From Clostridia bacterium (GTDB taxonomy: Bacteria; Bacillota; Clostridia; Oscillospirales; Acutalibacteraceae), in the NCBI GenBank assembly GCA_017936045.1, contig JAGBGJ010000042.1:1-41893 (forward strand): a stretch of DNA of 41,893 nt, given 5' to 3'. The notes under the pieces were generated by a model. That model saw nothing but the letters and a program-made list of their open reading frames with translations, made no database searches and was not told the origin of the DNA. Shown piece after piece: positions 8,758-18,174 of the stretch; the stretch's first letter is position 1; the number at the start of each line of letters is the position of its first letter. A program made the position numbers and the translations under genes.

Positions 8758-11700
8758 ATGAATAAGACTAAACTGTTAAAAATTATTTCCATAATTCTTA
8801 TTATCTCTTTAGCACTAACAGCCTTCACCACCAATATTTCCGCTACCAACACTAATAGCAAGAACGTTTGGGATGGCACCACTTTAGTTCCTAAAGGGGA
8901 GGGCACACAGCAAAGTCCCTTCCTTATTTCAAACGGAGCAGAGCTGGCCTATGTTATTTCCACAGGTGGCGGGGCAGGTAACCACTATAAGCTAACCGCC
9001 GATATCTACCTCAATGAAATTGACAGGGTTAATTGGGCTACCGGCGAGGGGATAGCAGGCTATTCTCCGCTCCCTTGGTACGACAGCGTTGAGTTTCAGG
9101 GTAACATCAACGGTAACGGACATATAGTTTACGGCATCTATTATAATGCAGGGCTCGATACTACCGAAATGGCCGAAGGCTGGAGCACGCCCGTAGGCCT
9201 TATACCCTGCATAAAAAACGGTGCTGCCGTTACGGTGGAAAAGCTTGGTGTTGATAATATGTATATAAATGCCAAGTGTACGGCATCGGCATTTATAGGC
9301 CGCGCAGGTAACAGTAGCGCCACCACCGCAGAATCCAGAACAACAATATATATAGATAAATGCTTTGTAGGCGAAAACGTAGATGTAACGGCCTTTTGTA
9401 CAGGCGTTTTCCGCGGTTATTCAAGAAACAACGGAATTTATATATCCAACTCTTATAATCTCGGTAAATTTCGTTCCAATGCCGACAAGAAAAATGATAT
9501 TGACGGCGGCACTTACGATTATAGGTTTTCTTGGTTTGTGGGAAACACTTGGGGCTTAAACGATGAGCTCTATATAGATTGCTGCTTTAATGCTACTGGC
9601 GCCCTTTTTAAGGGCCACTGGAATACCTTCAAAACAAAAATCACAAATTGCTATGCCGCAGGATTTACCAATGATAAGAACGGCGATGGTGTTGCCGAAT
9701 CTGTTTGGTATTCGGTTGCAGGCGATGTGCCATTGCCAAAGGAAAGAATGCAGGGTATCGATGCCTTGGTGGGAGTGCAAAAAATGCCTGCCATTAATAC
9801 TAACAATGAGTACATTGCAACCGAAGGCTACCCTATTCTTAAGGCCTTTTCGGGGGAAGAGTACGATGATATGGTAGAAATCTCAAAGGTTGATATTTGG
9901 GATGGCTCTGTTGCCGTAACCCTTAGCGGAGAGGGAACCAAAGCCTCACCCTACCTCATCACAAACGGCTCGGAATTAGCCTATGCAATAATCAGCGGCG
10001 GCGCCGATAAGCTGTATAAACTTACAAAGGATATTTACCTTAACGATATAAATAAAATCAACTGGAAAACGGGGGAAGTACAGCCCGGCTACACCCCCAA
10101 TTCTTGGTTCGAAAACATACCATTCAAGGGCGCAATAGATGGCGGCGGACATATTGTTTACGGCCTCTATTATAAAACCCCCGAAGCTAACTCGGACTGG
10201 GGCTACTACGGAGCAGGCCTTGTACCCACAGTAAACGCGGGCGAAACCCTTATAATAACCGCGCTCGGCATAGAAAATGCCTTTATCAGCGGAGTAAACG
10301 GCGCTTCGGCGTTTGTTGGCTTCGCGGGCCAAAAAGAAGCCCAAAGCAGGGCAAATGTTATTGTGGATAAATGCTTCGCAGGGGGAAATGTAACCCTTAT
10401 CGGTCACGATGTAGGCGCCCTTCGTGGCGGCACATATAATGCCAAAACAACCATTACAAATTCCTATTCCTTAGCCACGCTAAAGGGAACCTCTACAAAC
10501 GGTCTTTTAGGTAACCTTTGGGATGCAACCGTGGTGGCGGAAAACTGCTTTAACGCAAACGGCGCCATTACAACCGATACATATCTTTGGCCCGATGTTG
10601 CCGAAAACTTTAAAAATGTTTATGCCACAAGCTCGGCAAACTACACTTCCGAGGTTGCCGAGCTTACACGCCTGCAAATGTATGGACTTACCGCAGCGGC
10701 AACAATGTCCTTGCCCGATAATATCTTTGTTTCGGTAGAAAACCGTGTGCCGCAGCTCAAAGATTTCTTTAAATATTCCGAGGATAAAAATGGTAAAGAT
10801 TTTATCGGTTATGAGTATTCTGACTTTTGCAAATACTTTACCACTGTAAGTGCCGATGCTCATTTTTGGCGTTATGATGATATAGATATAAACGGCGATC
10901 GCAGCACCAATATTTGCGACCTCGTTTTCGTAACAAGAAGGCATAACAGCGGCAAAAATACAATCCATCTGGATAGCGATAATGAAACCACCTCATTTGA
11001 TATATCCATTCTTCGCAAAGCCCTTATTGGCGATACCGATTATGAAAATAAACCTATAAGATTTACCCCCTATAACAACATTACAAATAAATATGACTAC
11101 GTTTGGGGAGATGAATTTGAAGATAATTATCTCAATTCCGATAAATGGAGCATATATCCAAAAATGGGCAGTAACCCTTCGGGTGGTTTTATCTGCGATA
11201 AGGATGAAAAGGTTATCGGAGTTGAGAATGGAAGACTTCGCCTTACAGCGTATAAGGATGATGAGGGCATATACCATGCCCCAACCTCAGTGGTAACCAG
11301 GGATACCATGAACTTTACGTACGGTTATGTGGAAATCCGCGCTAAATTGCCGCTCCAGACAGGAGTTTGGTCCTCTTTTTGGGCGCTGACCGTGTCGGAC
11401 AGCGCATCTATCGGAAGACTCGCTACCCCTAAGTGCGAAAACACAGCCGAGGTTGATATGTTCGAGGTTTTCAATACCAACCAGGTTTGCGGCGGAATAA
11501 TAAAATGGGCAGAAAACGAGTGGTATCCAAAGAGTAAGGATGGCCTACAAAGGGTAGTTCTTACCGATAATGAATATCATGTTTTCGGCTATGAGTGGAG
11601 CCCTAGTGAAATTGCAATGTACTGCGATGGTGTGCTTTATGCCCGCTTTGATATTACCGAAAACTGGACAAATCCCGGCGAATACGGTAAGGCTAAAGAG

Positions 11701-11919
11701 GGCTGGACCTATTATAATGTAGATGAAACCGGCTATGATATGTCCTGCTTTAACGACCCGCAGTATCTTATCTTCAATAACCACCTTTTCTACGAAGGGG
11801 TGTCCAACGCAAACCCCTATATTAATATAAGCAACCCCGACTTTAAGTCGGCCGATTATTTAATTGATTACTGCCGTGTATATCAAAAGTCCGGCGTTGG
11901 CGATATCGTTACAAAGTAA
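8758..11919 (+). CDS. Secreted modular protein: signal peptide, two beta-helix-like modules, a dockerin-like segment and a C-terminal GH16 domain (paralog of 1643..8613)
   Basis: GGGAAAAG RBS-like sequence precedes the start. The signal peptide is MNKTKLLKIISIILIISLALTAFTTNISA/TN. Modules start at Trp codons 8869 and 9898. The catalytic EVDMFE is at 11449-11466, and a terminator follows. Confidence 0.9.
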   Translation: MNKTKLLKIISIILIISLALTAFTTNISATNTNSKNVWDGTTLVPKGEGTQQSPFLISNGAELAYVISTGGGAGNHYKLTADIYLNEIDRVNWATGEGIAGYSPLPWYDSVEFQGNINGNGHIVYGIYYNAGLDTTEMAEGWSTPVGLIPCIKNGAAVTVEKLGVDNMYINAKCTASAFIGRAGNSSATTAESRTTIYIDKCFVGENVDVTAFCTGVFRGYSRNNGIYISNSYNLGKFRSNADKKNDIDGGTYDYRFSWFVGNTWGLNDELYIDCCFNATGALFKGHWNTFKTKITNCYAAGFTNDKNGDGVAESVWYSVAGDVPLPKERMQGIDALVGVQKMPAINTNNEYIATEGYPILKAFSGEEYDDMVEISKVDIWDGSVAVTLSGEGTKASPYLITNGSELAYAIISGGADKLYKLTKDIYLNDINKINWKTGEVQPGYTPNSWFENIPFKGAIDGGGHIVYGLYYKTPEANSDWGYYGAGLVPTVNAGETLIITALGIENAFISGVNGASAFVGFAGQKEAQSRANVIVDKCFAGGNVTLIGHDVGALRGGTYNAKTTITNSYSLATLKGTSTNGLLGNLWDATVVAENCFNANGAITTDTYLWPDVAENFKNVYATSSANYTSEVAELTRLQMYGLTAAATMSLPDNIFVSVENRVPQLKDFFKYSEDKNGKDFIGYEYSDFCKYFTTVSADAHFWRYDDIDINGDRSTNICDLVFVTRRHNSGKNTIHLDSDNETTSFDISILRKALIGDTDYENKPIRFTPYNNITNKYDYVWGDEFEDNYLNSDKWSIYPKMGSNPSGGFICDKDEKVIGVENGRLRLTAYKDDEGIYHAPTSVVTRDTMNFTYGYVEIRAKLPLQTGVWSSFWALTVSDSASIGRLATPKCENTAEVDMFEVFNTNQVCGGIIKWAENEWYPKSKDGLQRVVLTDNEYHVFGYEWSPSEIAMYCDGVLYARFDITENWTNPGEYGKAKEGWTYYNVDETGYDMSCFNDPQYLIFNNHLFYEGVSNANPYINISNPDFKSADYLIDYCRVYQKSGVGDIVTK
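8869..10773 (+). repeat. Two tandem copies of the same ~320-aa module family as in 1748..7440
   Basis: Module 1 resembles giant-gene module 3 (YNLGKFRSNADK.NDIDGGTYDYRFSWFV). Module 2 resembles giant-gene modules 2 and 6 (NCFNANGAITTDTYLWPDVAENFKNVYAT). Confidence 0.8.
10885..11031 (+). other. Dockerin-like module of the second modular protein
   Basis: The sequence is DINGDRSTNICDLVFVTRRH...LDSDNETTSFDISILRKALIG. The first loop fits D-x-N-x-D..D; the second loop is more degenerate. Confidence 0.5.
11092..11916 (+). other. GH16 catalytic domain of the second modular protein
   Basis: The blocks YVWGDEFED, GVWSSFW, EVDMFEVF, HVFGYEWSPSEIAMYCDG and DPQYLIFNNHLF are present. Confidence 0.85.
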
Positions 11920-11941
11920 TTTTATCATTAAATCAAAAGCA

Positions 11942-11969
11942 CCCCTCCGCTACGGCGGAGGGGTTTCTT
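11942..11969 (+). terminator. Rho-independent terminator
   Basis: CCCCTCCG ctacgg CGGAGGGG forms the hairpin and is followed by TTTCTTG. Confidence 0.8.
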
Positions 11970-11981
11970 GTTAATTTCTAA

Positions 11982-12010
11982 TTGAAAATATAATAATAAT
12001 ATGATAAAAT
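11982..12010 (+). promoter_or_regulatory. sigma-A type promoter upstream of lepA
   Basis: The sequence is TTGAAA, a 17-nt spacer, then TAAAAT with a TG-extended -10 (TGATAAAAT). Confidence 0.5.
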
Positions 12011-12073
12011 AAATTGATTATGATATTTCATCTTCGCCTTGGCGGTAGATGAGGTGATTAAGGAGAGAAACAA

Positions 12074-13879
12074 GTGTCCCATCCTCTTGATAAAATTAGA
12101 AACTTTTGCATAGTTGCTCATATCGACCACGGTAAGTCCACCCTTGCCGATAGGCTTTTAGAGCTTACTCAAACCGTGTCTGAACGCGATATGGAAGAAC
12201 AGCTGCTCGATAGTATGGATTTAGAGCGCGAGCGTGGAATTACCATTAAGGCCCACGCCGTTACCCTTTATTATAAGGCGTCCGATGGCGAGGAGTATGA
12301 GCTCAACCTTATTGATACCCCCGGCCATGTAGACTTTAACTACGAGGTTTCTCGTTCACTCGCCGCTTGCGAGGGCGCGGTGCTTATTGTAGATGCCTCA
12401 CAGGGAATAGAGGCTCAAACCCTTGCCAATACCTACCTTGCGGTAGACCACGGCCTAGAGCTGCTCCCCGTTATTAATAAAATTGACCTGCCCTCTGCCG
12501 ACCCCGACAGAGTTATAAACGAAATTGAAGAAATTATAGGAATCCCCGCGCAAGATGCACCTAAAATTTCGGCTAAAACCGGTGTTAATATCGAAGAGGT
12601 GATGGAGCGCATTGTTACCGATATACCCGCCCCCACTGGGGATAGAACCGCACCCCTTTCGGCCCTTATTTTCGACTCCTACTATGATGCTTATAAGGGT
12701 GTTATTGTTTATTTCAGGGTTGTTGGCGGCAAAATAAAAGCAGGCGACAAAATTAAAATGATGGCAACAGGCGCCACCTTCGATGTTGTAGAGGTTGGCC
12801 GCAAGGGGGCCACTTCCCTTGAAATCTGCGACTGTCTTGAAGCAGGCGAGGTAGGCTACCTTGCCGCATCCATTAAAACGGTAGGCGAGGCCAGAGTAGG
12901 CGATACCATCACCCTTGCCGATAACCCCTGCACAGAAGCCTTAGCCGGCTACCGTAAGGTAAACCCCGTTGTTTTCTGCGGAATTTACCCTGCCGATGGT
13001 GCCCGATATACCGACCTTCGCGAAGCACTGGAAAAACTCCAGCTTAACGATGCCTCACTCCTTTTCGAGCCCGAAACCTCTTCGGCCCTCGGCTTTGGCT
13101 TCCGTTGCGGTTTCTTAGGCCTTCTTCATATGGAAATTATCCAAGAAAGGCTCGAGCGCGAATATAATCTCGACCTTGTAACCACCGCGCCCAGCGTTAT
13201 TTATAAGTTCGATTTAAACACGGGCGAAACCGTTTATGTCGATAACCCCACAAACTACCCCGACCCTGCCATAATTCAGCAAGCCTACGAGCCTGTGGCC
13301 GATGTTCATATTTATAGCCCCAGCGAATATGTCGGCGCTATAATGGAGCTTTGCCAGCAGCGCCGCGGCGAATATACCGATATGAAATATATGGGCGACC
13401 GCGTTGATATCCACTATATTATGCCAATGGGCGAAATTGTCTACGACTTTTTCGATGCACTAAAATCCCGCACCAAGGGCTATGCCAGCTACGATTACGA
13501 GCCTAAGGGCTACAGCCCATCCAAACTTGTAAAGCTCGATGTTATGCTTGCAGGCGATGTTGTAGATGCCCTGTCCTTTATCGTGTTTGTTGATAACGCC
13601 TACCCAAGAGCCCGCAGAATTGCCGAAAAGCTTAAGGATTATATACCCCGCCAGCTTTTCGAGGTTCCCATTCAGGTGGCTGTAGGCGGCAAAATTATTG
13701 CCCGTGAAACCGTTAAAGCAATGCGCAAGGATGTACTTGCAAAGTGCTACGGCGGCGATATAACCCGTAAGAAAAAACTTCTTGAAAAACAAAAAGAAGG
13801 TAAGAAGCGTATGCGCCAGTTAGGCTCGGTAGAAGTACCGCAGGAAGCCTTTATGGCAGTGCTTAAATTAGACGAGTAA
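12074..13879 (+). CDS. lepA: Translation elongation factor 4 (LepA/EF4)
   Basis: GTG start with AAGGAGAG 6 nt upstream. The N-terminus is [30 protein letters not shown] and NKID GTPase motifs and the LepA C-terminal region are present. Confidence 0.97.
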   Translation: MSHPLDKIRNFCIVAHIDHGKSTLADRLLELTQTVSERDMEEQLLDSMDLERERGITIKAHAVTLYYKASDGEEYELNLIDTPGHVDFNYEVSRSLAACEGAVLIVDASQGIEAQTLANTYLAVDHGLELLPVINKIDLPSADPDRVINEIEEIIGIPAQDAPKISAKTGVNIEEVMERIVTDIPAPTGDRTAPLSALIFDSYYDAYKGVIVYFRVVGGKIKAGDKIKMMATGATFDVVEVGRKGATSLEICDCLEAGEVGYLAASIKTVGEARVGDTITLADNPCTEALAGYRKVNPVVFCGIYPADGARYTDLREALEKLQLNDASLLFEPETSSALGFGFRCGFLGLLHMEIIQERLEREYNLDLVTTAPSVIYKFDLNTGETVYVDNPTNYPDPAIIQQAYEPVADVHIYSPSEYVGAIMELCQQRRGEYTDMKYMGDRVDIHYIMPMGEIVYDFFDALKSRTKGYASYDYEPKGYSPSKLVKLDVMLAGDVVDALSFIVFVDNAYPRARRIAEKLKDYIPRQLFEVPIQVAVGGKIIARETVKAMRKDVLAKCYGGDITRKKKLLEKQKEGKKRMRQLGSVEVPQEAFMAVLKLDE

Positions 13880-13895
13880 TCAAGGGGGGATAAAG

Positions 13896-15539
13896 ATGTC
13901 CTCAAAACTTAAAAAGGAAAACAAGGTTTCATTTTTACAAAATGTCCTTATGCTTATGTTTTCTCAGGTAGTAATAAAACTGCTTGGGCTTATATATAGG
14001 GTTGTTATTGTAGATGTAGAAGGCTTTGGAAATGTCGGTAACGGCTATTACTCCACAGGCTACCAGATTTATATGGTGCTTCTTGCCTTGTCTTCAATGG
14101 GAATACCCAACGTGGTGTCCAAGCTTGTTTCCGAGCGAACAGCTAAAGGGGACTTTCTTGCCGCCCACCGTGTTTTCCGTTTTTGTCTTGCAACATTCAG
14201 CACACTAGGTGTAGTATTTGCGCTGCTGCTGTTTTTCGGTGCCGAGTTTATTGCCAATTTTGTACTCAAGGCAGATGGTGTAAAATATACCTTAATGTCA
14301 CTTGCACCGGCCCTTTTGGTTGTTCCGCCAACCGCCGTTATAAGGGGCTATTTCACAGGCCTTGGCAGCCTAAAGGCTACTTCCACCACCCTTGTTATAG
14401 AGCAGTTCTTTAACTGTGTGCTTTCAATCGGCTTTGTTTATGCCTGCATTGGGCAGGATACCGCAATTATGGCGGCCGCGGGTAATCTTTCAACCTCCTG
14501 CGCCTGCATACTCGCATTTGGATATTTGCTTTTCTTCTATGCAAAAAGAAAGGGCGAAATAAACGAGGAATGTAAAAACCAAACCCAAAAAACCGAAAAT
14601 ACAACAAAAACAGATATGGTGAAAACTATCCTTGCCATATCTATCCCCATTTCCTTTAGTTCGCTTATTTCGGTGCTCGGCTCGGCAATAGATACCGTAA
14701 CCGTAAGCCGCTGTGTGCAAAATGCCTTTGCGGCCCTCGGCGGCACAGCCCAAGCCTTGGAAGAAAAAGCAATGGAGCTTTACGGAATTCTTCAAAAGGC
14801 CGAAACGGTAACCCACCTGCCACTTGCTATAAGCGCAACCTTTTGCACCGCCATTGTGCCGGTAATTTCGGCGGCTATTGCTAAAAAAGATGAGGCAGAG
14901 GCAAATCGCAAAATTTCATCCTCCTTCTTTATAAATTCACTTTTCATTTTCCCCTGTATGGCAGGCTTTTTTGTCCTTGCAGGCCCAATTCTAAAGCTTC
15001 TTTACCCCAGTGTACCCGAAGGCTCGCTGGTACTTATTCTCTTATCAATTTCCTTGCCGTTTTCCTCAATGAACTACATTCTAAACGGTGTACTTTACGG
15101 CATAGGTAAAACCTTTGTACCTGCGGCTGCGCTCGGTATAGGCTCACTAATTAAGTTAGGTCTTAATATCTTACTTGTAAACATCCCAAGTGTTAATATC
15201 TATGGCGCAGTGTTCAGTACCGTGCTTTATAACATTTTAATTTTCGCTATTGAGCTTGCCGTTGTAAAACGCTATGTAAAGCTGCAGGTAGATATGAAGA
15301 GATGCTTTGTAAAGCCTATTTTCTCCTCTGCAGTAATGGGTGTTGTAGTATTCTTCACATATAAACTTTGCGCGCTCGGCCTTGGCAACACCATATCAAC
15401 ACTGGTTGCTGTGTTTGTTGGAGTTATAGTTTATGCGTTGCTTGTAATAATTACAAAAAATCTTAATAAAGAAGATTTAATTTCAGTGCCAATGGGCGCC
15501 AAAATTTGCAGTCTGCTCGAAAGGTTTAGGCTTATATAA
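13896..15539 (+). CDS. MOP-superfamily flippase (SpoVB / MurJ / polysaccharide biosynthesis protein-like)
   Basis: This is a polytopic membrane protein. The N-terminal block GNVGNGYYSTGYQIYMVLLALSSMGIPNVVSKLVSE is typical of SpoVB/Wzx-like flippases. AAGGGGGGA RBS precedes the start. Confidence 0.8.
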   Translation: MSSKLKKENKVSFLQNVLMLMFSQVVIKLLGLIYRVVIVDVEGFGNVGNGYYSTGYQIYMVLLALSSMGIPNVVSKLVSERTAKGDFLAAHRVFRFCLATFSTLGVVFALLLFFGAEFIANFVLKADGVKYTLMSLAPALLVVPPTAVIRGYFTGLGSLKATSTTLVIEQFFNCVLSIGFVYACIGQDTAIMAAAGNLSTSCACILAFGYLLFFYAKRKGEINEECKNQTQKTENTTKTDMVKTILAISIPISFSSLISVLGSAIDTVTVSRCVQNAFAALGGTAQALEEKAMELYGILQKAETVTHLPLAISATFCTAIVPVISAAIAKKDEAEANRKISSSFFINSLFIFPCMAGFFVLAGPILKLLYPSVPEGSLVLILLSISLPFSSMNYILNGVLYGIGKTFVPAAALGIGSLIKLGLNILLVNIPSVNIYGAVFSTVLYNILIFAIELAVVKRYVKLQVDMKRCFVKPIFSSAVMGVVVFFTYKLCALGLGNTISTLVAVFVGVIVYALLVIITKNLNKEDLISVPMGAKICSLLERFRLI

Positions 15540-16180
15540 TGAAAAATTTTGAAACTGTACTTTTCGACCTTGACGGTACCATTACCGACCCTGCCGAGGG
15601 CATAACAAACTCGGTTGCGTATGCACTGGACAGCTACGGTATAAAAGTGCCCGATAAACGAACCCTTTACCCATTTATCGGCCCGCCGCTTTACGCTTCT
15701 TTTATGAAATACTTTGGCTTTTCAAAAGAACAGTCGCTCGAGGCCGTAAACCGTTATAGGGAATACTATTCGGTAAAGGGTGTTTTTGAATGCACCCTCT
15801 ATCCAGGTATGCAGGAGCTTTTGAAAAACCTTAATCATGCAGGCAAAAAGGTAATTCTTGCAACCTCAAAGCCCGAAATTTTTGCAAACCAAATATTAAA
15901 GCATTTTGGTATAGCTCAGTTTTTCCATTTGGTATCGGGAGCCACGCTAGACAGCCACCGTGTGGAAAAAGCAGATATTATTAAATACGCTGCAACACTT
16001 ACCAACATTTATCCCGGTGTTATGGTGGGCGATAGGGAATTCGATATTTTCGGTGCTAAGGCAACAAACCTTTATGCTGTAGGCGTAACCTACGGTTACG
16101 GCAGCAGGCAAGAGCTTGAAGCGGCAGGCGCAAATATCGTTTGCGAAAATGTAAAAGATATAGAAAAACTGCTTCTTTGA
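15539..16180 (+). CDS. HAD-superfamily hydrolase (phosphoglycolate phosphatase / 5'-nucleotidase-like)
   Basis: Motif I is LFDLDGTITD, and the ATSK and GDREFD motifs are present. The start overlaps the upstream stop (TAATG). Confidence 0.85.
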   Translation: MKNFETVLFDLDGTITDPAEGITNSVAYALDSYGIKVPDKRTLYPFIGPPLYASFMKYFGFSKEQSLEAVNRYREYYSVKGVFECTLYPGMQELLKNLNHAGKKVILATSKPEIFANQILKHFGIAQFFHLVSGATLDSHRVEKADIIKYAATLTNIYPGVMVGDREFDIFGAKATNLYAVGVTYGYGSRQELEAAGANIVCENVKDIEKLLL

Positions 16181-16198
16181 TACGCAAAATTGTAAAAA

Positions 16199-16229
16199 CT
16201 GACAAAGTTTACCCTTTGTCGGTTTTTTT
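16199..16229 (+). terminator. Rho-independent terminator after the HAD gene
   Basis: CTGACAAAG tttacc CTTTGTCGG forms the hairpin and is followed by TTTTTTT. Confidence 0.75.
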
Positions 16230-16231
16230 GT

Positions 16232-16260
16232 TTTACAAGCATAAAAATATGTGGTATAAG
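16232..16260 (+). promoter_or_regulatory. sigma-A type promoter of the SulP gene
   Basis: The sequence is TTTACA, a 17-nt spacer, then TATAAG with an extended TGg. Confidence 0.5.
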
Positions 16261-16293
16261 ATATTTGCAAAAACATGAAAAGAAGTGTAAAAA

Positions 16294-17952
16294 GTGAGTA
16301 AATGTTATATTAAGCCGAAGCTGTTTTCGGTAATGAAGAATTATTCTAAAGCCCAATTTTTAAAGGATATTGTTGCAGGTGTTATAGTTGCAATAATTGC
16401 CCTTCCGCTTTCTATTGCTTTGGCTATTGCTTCGGGTGTAGAGCCTGCGGCAGGTGTTTATACCGCCATAGCGGCAGGCTTTGTTTGTGCTTTCCTTGGC
16501 GGAAGCCGAGTTCAGATTGCCGGCCCCACCGCGGCTTTTGCTACAATTGTTGCAGGAATAGTGGCCACCAAGGGTATGGGTGGGCTTATGGTTGCCACCA
16601 TACTTGCAGGTATTATTCTTATAGTGCTGGGCCTTTGTAAAATGGGCTCCCTTGTTAAATTCATACCCTATACAATTACAACAGGTTTTACTGCAGGTAT
16701 TGCCGTAACAATACTTGTTGGCCAAATAAAAGACTTTTTAGGCCTTAGCTATGCCGCAGGCGTAAAGCCTATTGAAACCTTTGAAAAAATCAAGGCAAAT
16801 ATCGAAGCAATAGGCACGTTTTCCTGGCAGTCGCTTCTGGTTGGTACAGTTTGTCTTGCAATACTTATTTTTTACCCAAAGGTAGAAAAACGCATACCTG
16901 CATCGCTTATAGCGGTTGTTTTCGGCGCGTTAATGGTTAAATTCATACCCGGTATGGAAGAAAATGTGTTCACCATTGGCGACCTTTATACTATTCCCAA
17001 AGGGCTTCCCACAGTTTCCTTTGAAGGGGTAGATTTCAGCCTTTCAAATATTGCCTCCCTTTTGCCCGATGCATTTACAATAGCTATTCTCGCCGCAATA
17101 GAATCTTTGCTTTCCTGCGTTGTGGCAGATAGTATGGTAAACTCCCGCCACAACTCCAATGCCGAGCTTGTAGCTCAGGGTGCCGGCAATATTGCATCGG
17201 TTCTGTTTGGCGGAATTCCCGCAACTGGTGCCATCGCACGTACCGCCGCAAATGCAAAAAATGGCGGGAGAACACCCGTTTCGGGTATGGTTCATTCGGT
17301 TGTGCTGCTTATGGTAATACTTTTCCTTATGCCCTATGCCGAGCTTATCCCAATGCCGGCAATCGCCGCTATACTTTTTGTTGTTGCCTACAATATGAGC
17401 GAATGGCGTAAATTTGTAAAAATAGTTAAAAGCGCCCCCAAAAGCGATATTATTGTAATGATTATAACCTTTATCCTTACCGTTGTTTTCGATTTGGTTG
17501 TTGCAATCGAGGTTGGAATGGTACTGGCTTCTATGCTGTTTATGAAGCGTATGAGCGAGGAATCATCGGTAGTGGGTTGGAAATATATCGACCCCGAAAC
17601 CGACCCCGACAGCATTGATTTAAGGAAAGTACCTCAAAATGTGCGTGTTTACGAAATCAGCGGTCCAATGTTTTTTGGCGCAGCCGATAAAATTTTGGAT
17701 ATAAGGTTAAAGGATTACACCCACTGCCTAATTCTTCGTATGCGCGCAGTGCCTGCTTTGGATGCAACTGCAATGAATTCCCTTGAACGCGTGCTTGAAA
17801 AATGCAAAAAGCACGGCGTAACTCTTATCTTGTCACATGTAAACGAACAGCCTTTAGAGGTTATGAAAAAATCAGGATTTTACGATGCCGTTGGCCCCGA
17901 GAATTTCTGTTCTCATATAGATGAAGCGCTGCAAAAGGGCGCAAAGCTTTAA
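16294..17952 (+). CDS. SulP-family anion transporter with C-terminal STAS domain
   Basis: The N-terminus IKPKLFSVMKNYSKAQFLKDIVAGVIVAIIALPLSIALAIASGV is the typical SulP start. This supports the GTG at 16294 over ATG 16333. The C-terminal part is STAS-like (VRVYEISGPMFFGAADK). Confidence 0.9.
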   Translation: MSKCYIKPKLFSVMKNYSKAQFLKDIVAGVIVAIIALPLSIALAIASGVEPAAGVYTAIAAGFVCAFLGGSRVQIAGPTAAFATIVAGIVATKGMGGLMVATILAGIILIVLGLCKMGSLVKFIPYTITTGFTAGIAVTILVGQIKDFLGLSYAAGVKPIETFEKIKANIEAIGTFSWQSLLVGTVCLAILIFYPKVEKRIPASLIAVVFGALMVKFIPGMEENVFTIGDLYTIPKGLPTVSFEGVDFSLSNIASLLPDAFTIAILAAIESLLSCVVADSMVNSRHNSNAELVAQGAGNIASVLFGGIPATGAIARTAANAKNGGRTPVSGMVHSVVLLMVILFLMPYAELIPMPAIAAILFVVAYNMSEWRKFVKIVKSAPKSDIIVMIITFILTVVFDLVVAIEVGMVLASMLFMKRMSEESSVVGWKYIDPETDPDSIDLRKVPQNVRVYEISGPMFFGAADKILDIRLKDYTHCLILRMRAVPALDATAMNSLERVLEKCKKHGVTLILSHVNEQPLEVMKKSGFYDAVGPENFCSHIDEALQKGAKL

Positions 17953-17986
17953 AAACAAAACGCACCTCATTCGAGGTGCGTTTTTC
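17951..17986. terminator. Bidirectional intrinsic terminator between the convergent SulP gene and a small ORF
   Basis: The hairpin is CGCACCTC attc GAGGTGCG. An A-tract lies on the left and a T-tract on the right. Confidence 0.8.
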
Positions 17987-17991
17987 GGCGC

Positions 17992-18174
17992 CTATCTAAT
18001 CATTGTCTGAATTCCATCAACAAAATCGCTGACCGCCTTTACCGCTTTGGTAGACCCTTTTTGTACGTGGTGCTTTTTGCCACTCATCATCATTTTGCCT
18101 ACCGTCGTCATAACTGCACCCGCAGCGATTCCTACCATAGCGCCTTTAGCAAAACCCTTTGCTTTATCTTTCAT
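17992..18174 (-). CDS. Small hypothetical protein (60 aa), Lys-rich with one Gly/Ala-rich hydrophobic segment
   Basis: The protein is MKDKAKGFAKGAMVGIAAGAVMTTVGKMMMSGKK.... The SD GAGAGGGA lies 7 nt upstream, but inside the proA terminator stem. A terminator lies downstream. I recognise no family. Confidence 0.45.
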   Translation of the reverse strand: MKDKAKGFAKGAMVGIAAGAVMTTVGKMMMSGKKHHVQKGSTKAVKAVSDFVDGIQTMIR

